Shown here piece by piece: positions 57,749-64,000 of a stretch of DNA of 64,000 nt. Origin of the DNA: Clostridia bacterium (GTDB lineage: Bacteria; Bacillota; Clostridia; UMGS1883). The stretch covers positions 5,747 through 69,746 of the forward strand of contig JAZNYX010000053.1 in the NCBI GenBank assembly GCA_045594665.1, written 5' to 3'. The notes under the pieces are model-generated. The model did no database searches. It had not been told where the DNA came from and saw only the letters and a program-made list of their open reading frames with translations. Numbering within the stretch: position 1 is the first letter of the stretch; each line of letters starts with the position of its first letter. Both the position numbers and the translations under genes were made by a program.

Positions 57749-59530
57749 ATGCATCTTCCCATAATTAAAGGTGGCAGCAGGTATAAAAAAAGCACCACAT
57801 ACTTCGGGGGCATTAATATGCTTCAGGATTTTTCGGAGGGTGAGCTTTGTGAGTGTAACGGAATTTCTCATTTGAGCTTTCCTGCCATTACTCAAAGACA
57901 AAAAAGCGAGTCAGTGTTTGAGTGCAATGCCCCCTCTGCCATGATTTTCGGAAAAAAAGAATGTATTGCCGCAGACGGAGGACTGTACTACGACCGCAAA
58001 AAGGTGGCTACGCTCACCCCGGGAAGAAAGAACCTTGCGATTTTAGGTGATAAAATCGCGGTTTTCCCAGATAAGATTTTTTACGATACCAAAACGGGAA
58101 GTACGGGTGACCTTCAGGGTGAGTGTAAAAGCCACGATGGCGTAACGGTAACCTTTTCCAAAAGCTCTATTAGTGTTCCCTCCGTTTACAATGAAGAAAC
58201 CATTTTGGTGGAAAGACTTTCATTTCTCAAAGACACTGACATTTTCACTTATAATTCCGTGACCTGCAAAAATGCGGAATATACCTTTTCGGGCTTTAAA
58301 CTAAAGAAAATACAAGAGCTTGCCCCTGATGTCATATTCAGGGAAAAGTGTGAAAAAAATCAGTACAGGCGTGTCGTGAGCATCCGTGAAGATGAGGAAA
58401 CAGGTAGCTTTGTGGTGGATAATGAACTCATATCCGTAAATAACAGTGTAAAAAATCTGTTTTCACAGCTGAAGAGCGGAGACGTGGTAGAAATATCGGG
58501 ATGTAAGAAATATGCAAGTAATAACAAGACGGCACAAATTGTTTCTGCATCGGCATCCGTTCTTCGGTTCGCCGATGAAACCTTTACAGAGTCAGAGGAA
58601 ACCGCCGTAATTACAATTAAGCGAAAGATTCCCGATTTTTCATGTGTGTGCAGTTATGAAAACAGACTGTGGGGCTGTGAGGGAAATACTATATACGCCT
58701 CGGCGTTGGGTGATATGACAAACTTCTTCATATACAAGAATCTATCCACCGACAGCTTCAGTGTAATGTCAAATTCTGCAGGGGATTTTACAGCCTGCGT
58801 GCCATTTGGTAACTGTTGCTTATTCTTTAAGGAGAACGGCTGTTTTAAGCTTTACGGAAACCGTCCGTCAAATTTTCAGCTTACCGAAAGCTACGGAGGC
58901 GGAGTCCTTGGTACGGATTCAAAAAGCATCGTAAGTATCGGAGGCAGAATTATATATAAGGGAAGCGGCGGAATCTACACGTTTTACGGCGGAGTACCCC
59001 AATGCATTTCTCAGAAGCTGATGGGAATTACAATGGATAACGCCGTTTCGGGAAGCGACGGAAAACGGTTCTATATAACTGCCGATACAGAGGAAGGCAG
59101 AGAAGAATTTGTCTGGGACATGGAAAGAAACTTGTGGAGCAAATCAGGAGTAAGGGATGTTATAGGTTATTCTTTCTATGGCGGAAATTTATATCGCTTG
59201 CACCCTCACGGAGTGGAAAAGCTTTTAGAGGAAACGGATGATAAAGCCGATTGGAGCATTACTCTTTGCCCATTTGACGAGGATTACCACAAAACCAAAA
59301 ATTACACAAGACTCTATATAAGCGTTCACCTTTTCGAAAACGCATACATAAACACTCAGATTAGCTGTGATAACGGGCCCTGGAGTGATGTTCACACCTG
59401 CTATGCAAATGAGAAGAAGTATTTGAATATACCCTGCGTTATAAAAAGCTGTCACAGCGTAAAGCTGAGGCTTTCGGGAAAAGGGAAGTGCCTTCTTGAA
59501 TCGATAACCAGAGAATTTTCAGTTAATTAA
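57749..59530 (+). CDS. Phage structural protein, function unknown
   Basis: 593 aa, GGAGG RBS. No motif recognised. Confidence 0.45.
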   Translation: MHLPIIKGGSRYKKSTTYFGGINMLQDFSEGELCECNGISHLSFPAITQRQKSESVFECNAPSAMIFGKKECIAADGGLYYDRKKVATLTPGRKNLAILGDKIAVFPDKIFYDTKTGSTGDLQGECKSHDGVTVTFSKSSISVPSVYNEETILVERLSFLKDTDIFTYNSVTCKNAEYTFSGFKLKKIQELAPDVIFREKCEKNQYRRVVSIREDEETGSFVVDNELISVNNSVKNLFSQLKSGDVVEISGCKKYASNNKTAQIVSASASVLRFADETFTESEETAVITIKRKIPDFSCVCSYENRLWGCEGNTIYASALGDMTNFFIYKNLSTDSFSVMSNSAGDFTACVPFGNCCLFFKENGCFKLYGNRPSNFQLTESYGGGVLGTDSKSIVSIGGRIIYKGSGGIYTFYGGVPQCISQKLMGITMDNAVSGSDGKRFYITADTEEGREEFVWDMERNLWSKSGVRDVIGYSFYGGNLYRLHPHGVEKLLEETDDKADWSITLCPFDEDYHKTKNYTRLYISVHLFENAYINTQISCDNGPWSDVHTCYANEKKYLNIPCVIKSCHSVKLRLSGKGKCLLESITREFSVN

Positions 59531-59543
59531 AGAGGTGAGAGCT

Positions 59544-59729
59544 ATGTTCATGCAATTAGCGGATTTAAACGGAAAGTCAGCAGAGGAAGCTGTGCGTATC
59601 ATAGAGGACTATCTGCGATCAAACCAAGAGCTTTTAGAGTATATATTAACACATCTTGACAGCTCCAACATTATTGAAATTGATTTAAGCAAAACAAATA
59701 TTTATAAGGGGGATGAAAATGAGCTATAA
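59544..59729 (+). CDS. Phage hypothetical protein
   Basis: AGAGGTG RBS. 61 aa. Confidence 0.35.
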   Translation: MFMQLADLNGKSAEEAVRIIEDYLRSNQELLEYILTHLDSSNIIEIDLSKTNIYKGDENEL

Positions 59730-60777
59730 CAAAGATACCGACTATCAGGCAAAAATTAATGAAGCGGTAAAAAAGGGCGACTACGAAAGTGCCGCCAAAT
59801 ATGAGCAAAGCCGAAATGAAAAGATTGACGGCGAAGGTCTCAGCACTGCAAAAACAAATAATTACAGCGGTTGGCTTGACAAGACCGATTATTCCAATGT
59901 AATACGCAGTCAGATTTCAAGCGGTGCATCAAGGAGCGATGTTGCCGATACTCTCAAAAAGAGAATCCAGAAGGCAAGCGGTACACAGGGGCTTAGTCAG
60001 TATGCCTACGACGATGTTTATGATGCTGCCGTAAGATATATAAGAGGAAGCGACTTTTCTTATGCAGAGCGTGCACCGCAGTATAGAGACAGCTACAGCG
60101 ATGACATAAGTGAGCTTATAAGAGAAATCAGAAGCATCAGGGATTTTAAATATAATCCTCAGGAGGACGAGCTTTATAAGTACTATCAGGAGCAGTATAA
60201 GCGTGAGGGAAAACGTGCAATGGCGGACCTTTTGGGAGAGCTTTCCGCAAATACCGGCGGTGTTGCTTCAAGCTATGCGGCTACGGCGGCATCACAGAGC
60301 CTTGATTATTACAATAAAAAGATGACCGATATAATCCCGGAGCTTTACAGCAAAGCCTTTGACAAATATCTTGAGGAGCTTGGAATTAAGGAAAAGCAGC
60401 TGAGCATACTGGGAGAACTTTCGGATAAGGAGTATTCAAAATATCTTGACGCCTTAAAGCAGTATAATACAGAGCGTGAATTTTCTTATGATGCCTATAT
60501 CGACAGCCTTGAAAACGAATATCGTCAGCGCGAGGAAGAGAGGGATATTCTTCGTGATGAAAGAGATTACGATCTTCAGATGCAAAAGCTTGAAGATAGC
60601 CGTCAGGGAGATAGGCAAAAAGAGGAACAGGACAAAATTGACAATGCGCTCTTAAAGTGGAAGCAAAGCGGAATTCTTGATAAGGAAAGTGCGGAAATTT
60701 TGGGACTTCCCGAGGGACTTCATACCAGCGACTACGACTATAAGAAAGCACAGCAGTATAAATTGTACTCAAGATAA
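59719..60777 (+). CDS. Phage hypothetical protein, charged and helical
   Basis: AAGGGGG RBS favours ATG 59719. Confidence 0.45.
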   Translation: MSYNKDTDYQAKINEAVKKGDYESAAKYEQSRNEKIDGEGLSTAKTNNYSGWLDKTDYSNVIRSQISSGASRSDVADTLKKRIQKASGTQGLSQYAYDDVYDAAVRYIRGSDFSYAERAPQYRDSYSDDISELIREIRSIRDFKYNPQEDELYKYYQEQYKREGKRAMADLLGELSANTGGVASSYAATAASQSLDYYNKKMTDIIPELYSKAFDKYLEELGIKEKQLSILGELSDKEYSKYLDALKQYNTEREFSYDAYIDSLENEYRQREEERDILRDERDYDLQMQKLEDSRQGDRQKEEQDKIDNALLKWKQSGILDKESAEILGLPEGLHTSDYDYKKAQQYKLYSR

Positions 60778-60812
60778 GTTTATATTATCGCCTTAATAAA
60801 GCAAAAAAAGAC

Positions 60813-60841
60813 TTGCCATAAGCGTCAAAAAAGCTTATAAT
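60813..60841 (+). promoter_or_regulatory. Sigma-A type promoter for nfnAB
   Basis: TTGCCA, 17 nt, TATAAT. Confidence 0.55.
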
Positions 60842-60873
60842 AAGTCTTATATACAGGCGAAAGGATGAACATT

Positions 60874-61716
60874 ATGTACAGGATTGCAGAAAAAGAGGTG
60901 CTTAATCCTACAGTTGTAAAAATGGTTGTTGAGGCTCCGCTTATTGCTAAAAAAGCACAGCCGGGACAATTCATTATTTTCAGAGCAAAGGAAGACAGTG
61001 AGCGTGTGCCGCTTACTATTGCCGATTACGACAGGGAACAGGGCAGTGTTACCATAATTTTTCAGATTGTGGGCGAGGCTACAATGGAGCTTAACTCCCT
61101 TAATGAGGGCGAATATATTCTGGACTTCGTAGGACCGCTCGGAACTCCCAGCAAAATTGACGGTCTTAAGAAGGTATGTGTTATCGGCGGAGGTGTAGGA
61201 TGTGCAATAGCATATCCCATTGCGAAGAAGCTTCACGAAATCGGAGCCGAGGTTCACTCGGTAACAGGTTTCAGAAATAAGGACTTAATAATCCTGGAGG
61301 ATGAATTTTCGAAAGTATCCGACGTTCTCAGGATAATGACCGATGACGGCAGCTACGGAGAAAAGGGCCTTGTTACAGAGGCACTTGAGAATCTTATCGC
61401 AGAGGGTAATGAATACGACGAGGTTATTGCCATCGGACCTCTTGTGATGATGAAATTCGTCGCTCTTACTACAAAGAAATACGGCATTAAAACCACGGTT
61501 TCCATGAACCCGATCATGGTGGACGGAACGGGCATGTGCGGTGGATGCCGTCTTACTGTAGGCGGAGAAACCAAATTTGCCTGCGTGGACGGCCCTGATT
61601 TTGACGGTCATTTAGTGGATTTTGACGAGGCTATAAGCCGCAGCGGTGTTTACAGAGAATTTGAAAACACACGCCGCGAAGAGCATTGTAACCTCTTTAA
61701 AAAGGAGGTAGAGTAA
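60874..61716 (+). CDS. nfnA: NfnA-type FAD/NAD(P)-binding, 2Fe-2S subunit (sulfide/dihydroorotate dehydrogenase-like)
   Basis: PGQFIIFR..ERVPLTIAD, GGGVGCA and the C-terminal MVDGTGMCGGCRLTVGGETKFACVDGP cluster closely resemble NfnA. Confidence 0.85.
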   Translation: MYRIAEKEVLNPTVVKMVVEAPLIAKKAQPGQFIIFRAKEDSERVPLTIADYDREQGSVTIIFQIVGEATMELNSLNEGEYILDFVGPLGTPSKIDGLKKVCVIGGGVGCAIAYPIAKKLHEIGAEVHSVTGFRNKDLIILEDEFSKVSDVLRIMTDDGSYGEKGLVTEALENLIAEGNEYDEVIAIGPLVMMKFVALTTKKYGIKTTVSMNPIMVDGTGMCGGCRLTVGGETKFACVDGPDFDGHLVDFDEAISRSGVYREFENTRREEHCNLFKKEVE

Positions 61717-61717
61717 T

Positions 61718-63109
61718 ATGCCGAATATGGATCCTAAAAAATGCCCCATGCCCTCACAAGAACCGAGCGTAAGAAAGCGTAACTTTGACGAAGTGGCAAC
61801 GGGCTACACCTACGAAATGGCAATAGAGGAAGCGAAAAGATGTCTTAATTGCAAAACCAAGCCCTGCCAGAGTAAGTGCCCCGTAGCAATTGATATTCCG
61901 AAGTTTATCGAAAAGCTTGCAAACGAGGATATCAAGGGTGCTTATGAGGTTATTTCGGAAAGCAGTGCTCTTCCGGCAGTATGCGGCAGAGTATGCCCTC
62001 AGGAAAGTCAGTGTGAAAGTGCTTGTGTTCGTGCAATAAAGGGTGAAAGCGTGGCAATCGGAAGACTTGAAAGGTTTGTAGCCGATTATTGCAGAGAGCA
62101 TTTTGAAGAAGAAATCCAAAAACCTAAGTTAAACGGACGCAGGGTTGCAATTGTGGGAGCAGGCCCCTCCGGGCTTACTGCCGCAGGAGACCTTGCAAAG
62201 CTTGGCTATGAGGTAACGGTTTTTGAGGCTCTGCATACACCGGGCGGCGTTTTGGTCTATGGTATTCCTGAATTCCGTCTTCCCAAGGCTATTGTTAAGG
62301 AAGAAATAACGAAGCTTGAGAAAATGGGCGTAAAAATTGAAACCAACATGGTTATCGGTAAGATAATAACCGTTGACGAACTGTTTGAAGAAGGCTTTGA
62401 GGCGGTATACATAGCAAGCGGTGCAGGGCTTCCCAGGTTTATGAATATTCCGGGAGAGGCACTTTGCGGAGTATATAGTGCAAACGAGTACCTTACCCGA
62501 GTAAATCTGATGAAGGCATACTTGCCCGATTCAAAAACGCCTATTAAAAAGAGCAGCCGTGTTGCAGTGGTCGGCGGAGGAAATGTTGCCATGGATGCGG
62601 CAAGAAGTGCCATGCGTCTGGGTGCCGATGAGGTTTATATAGTTTACCGCAGAGGCATGGAGGAGCTTCCGGCACGAAAGGAAGAAATTGAGCATGCCAT
62701 GGAGGAAGGAATTGTCTTTAAGACTCTTACAAACCCTGTCGAAATTTTAGGCGATGAAAAAGGCTGTGTATGCGGAATTAAATGCGTGCAAATGGAACTT
62801 GGCGAGCCTGACGAAAGCGGAAGAAGACGCCCTGTAGTTAAAGAAGGAAGCGAGTTCCTGTTAGAGCTTGATACGGTGATAATGTCCATAGGAACATCAC
62901 CCAACCCTCTTATAACTAAGACCACTCCCGGTCTTGAAACCAACCGTCATGGTTGTATTGTAACAAACGGTGATGACGGACTTACCTCCCGTGAGGGGGT
63001 ATATGCCGGTGGCGATGCCGTAACAGGTGCGGCAACCGTAATTCTTGCCATGGGTGCAGGAAAGAGTGCGGCAAAAGCCATTGATGAATACATCAAAAAC
63101 AAAAAGTGA
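61718..63109 (+). CDS. nfnB: NfnB-type NADPH-dependent glutamate synthase-like subunit
   Basis: Two 4Fe-4S motifs (CLNCKTKPCQSKCP, CGRVCPQESQCESAC), VAIVGAGPSG and VVGGGNVAMD dinucleotide folds. Confidence 0.88.
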   Translation: MPNMDPKKCPMPSQEPSVRKRNFDEVATGYTYEMAIEEAKRCLNCKTKPCQSKCPVAIDIPKFIEKLANEDIKGAYEVISESSALPAVCGRVCPQESQCESACVRAIKGESVAIGRLERFVADYCREHFEEEIQKPKLNGRRVAIVGAGPSGLTAAGDLAKLGYEVTVFEALHTPGGVLVYGIPEFRLPKAIVKEEITKLEKMGVKIETNMVIGKIITVDELFEEGFEAVYIASGAGLPRFMNIPGEALCGVYSANEYLTRVNLMKAYLPDSKTPIKKSSRVAVVGGGNVAMDAARSAMRLGADEVYIVYRRGMEELPARKEEIEHAMEEGIVFKTLTNPVEILGDEKGCVCGIKCVQMELGEPDESGRRRPVVKEGSEFLLELDTVIMSIGTSPNPLITKTTPGLETNRHGCIVTNGDDGLTSREGVYAGGDAVTGAATVILAMGAGKSAAKAIDEYIKNKK

Positions 63110-63127
63110 ATTTAAATTAAAAATAAG

Positions 63128-63169
63128 AATCCCTCATGAAACCACTCAGTGGTTTTATGGGGGATTTTT
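63128..63169 (+). terminator. Intrinsic terminator after nfnB
   Basis: AATCCCTCATGAAACCAC / GTGGTTTTATGGGGGATT followed by TTTT. Confidence 0.7.
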
Positions 63170-63185
63170 AGTTAGGAGAAGTGAA

Positions 63186-64000
63186 ATGAACAGTATTACA
63201 ATAAATATAAACGGGCAATTTATTAAGAAATCCACGAAAAACGCAGGGGCGGCAGGAAGTGCAAATTCTCGTGAGTTGAAATTTATATTTGACAAAAGCT
63301 GGGAAGGATTCGCAAAGAGAGTTATCTGGCGTGACAGCTTCGGAGAAAATGAAACCTCCGTCATTCTGACTCCGCAAATTGCATCCGAAACTTTGGAATA
63401 TTCCTCATATATTCCCCAGGAAGCCACTACAAAAACAGGCTGGTGCAGCTTCACAGTAGAGGGATATTACACAGCCTCGCCCGACAAGGTTATGATGAGT
63501 GTGCGCGATTGCCTTTTCGTTTCCCATGCAGAGGGAGAGGCAAATATTCCTCCCGTAACAAAGAGCGAGGCAATGCAGCTTCAAAGTGAAATTGAGGAAA
63601 TTATGCCAAAGGTAAACGACCTGATGGAAAAGACCAAAGGTGAAGTATCAGCACTTTCGCAAAGGCTGCTTTTGTGGGAGGAATATAACTCAAAAACTCA
63701 TTATGAGGCAGGTAACAAAGTTACTTTTAACGGCTCTTCCTTTGTATGCAGACAAAATTGCATCGGGGTATCGCCTGAAAATGAAGAATTCTGGCTTATG
63801 ATAGCCGCCCGCGGATATCGGGGAAGTAAAGGAAATCAAGGCCCTCAAGGAATCCGCGGAGAAGTGGGCGAAAAAGGTGAAAAGGGTGATAAAGGCGATA
63901 AAGGAGACCAAGGCGAAAGGGGAGAACGGGGTCTAAACGGCAGCGTTGTTCCCGCAAACGGATTTTACAGCTTCAGTGTTGATGAAAACGGTGACTTATG
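63186..64000 (+). CDS. Tail fibre / receptor-binding-like protein with collagen-like repeats (3' end outside window; not in the ORF track)
   Basis: My own translation from ATG 63186 (AGGAGA RBS) has no stop to the window end. Features: BppU-like N-terminus, a CBM5/12-like YEAGNKVTFNGSSFVCRQ...EFW motif, and 14 G-X-Y triplets at 63813-63938. Confidence 0.7.
   Translation, partial: MNSITININGQFIKKSTKNAGAAGSANSRELKFIFDKSWEGFAKRVIWRDSFGENETSVILTPQIASETLEYSSYIPQEATTKTGWCSFTVEGYYTASPDKVMMSVRDCLFVSHAEGEANIPPVTKSEAMQLQSEIEEIMPKVNDLMEKTKGEVSALSQRLLLWEEYNSKTHYEAGNKVTFNGSSFVCRQNCIGVSPENEEFWLMIAARGYRGSKGNQGPQGIRGEVGEKGEKGDKGDKGDQGERGERGLNGSVVPANGFYSFSVDENGDL

Larger units (their letters stand above)
48714..64000. 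mobile_element. Prophage-like element (left end; continues beyond window)
   Basis: CI-type repressor, divergent operator/promoter region, TerL, portal, scaffold, capsid and collagen-like fibre genes, all rightward and tightly packed. Confidence 0.8.

Noticed and set aside
1-64000. Whole-window scan for rRNA, tRNA, tmRNA, CRISPR arrays, IS transposases, integrases and known defence-system hallmarks (Cas, restriction-modification, CBASS, retron RT, Abi).
   Set aside because: None seen by eye. The only regularly spaced short repeats are coding G-X-Y collagen triplets (56304-56384, 63813-63938) and the phage operators.

Overview
Chromosomal segment of a low-GC Gram-positive anaerobe, Clostridia-like judging by trmFO, recD2-comF, a BofC-like gene and nfnAB. 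Most of it is housekeeping: dprA (3' end)-topA-trmFO; queG-comF-recD2; metK; rpoB-rpoC; the str operon rpsL-rpsG-fusA-tuf; cell-wall genes (M15B carboxypeptidase, PBP1A); nnr; mazEF; aminotransferase plus Lrp; glmS; methyltransferase-nudix-mtaB; NusG_II/Gx transporter; HD hydrolase; gltX; capA. There are three accessory patches. (i) 4.2-7.0 kb: an XRE / SLOG(DUF1273) / XRE island. (ii) 12.9-15.1 kb: a DUF4417 gene, an orphan PT-TG/ParB-like nuclease and a metallophosphoesterase, directly upstream of rpoB. (iii) 48.7 kb to the window end: a prophage-like element (CI/LexA-type repressor, TerL, portal, scaffold, capsid, collagen-like fibres). It has almost no early region and carries an nfnAB cassette with its own promoter and terminator between structural genes. 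The most unusual signal is a family of ~230-nt intergenic repeats: 4 full copies and 1 degenerate copy. Each starts 0-8 nt after the stop codon of a co-oriented gene. Several stems are kept by compensatory substitutions, and UUCG-type loops point to a structured RNA or a terminator-carrying MITE that I cannot assign to a named family. I saw no rRNA, tRNA, CRISPR array or transposase. All function calls come from reading the translated ORFs by eye; no database search was run.
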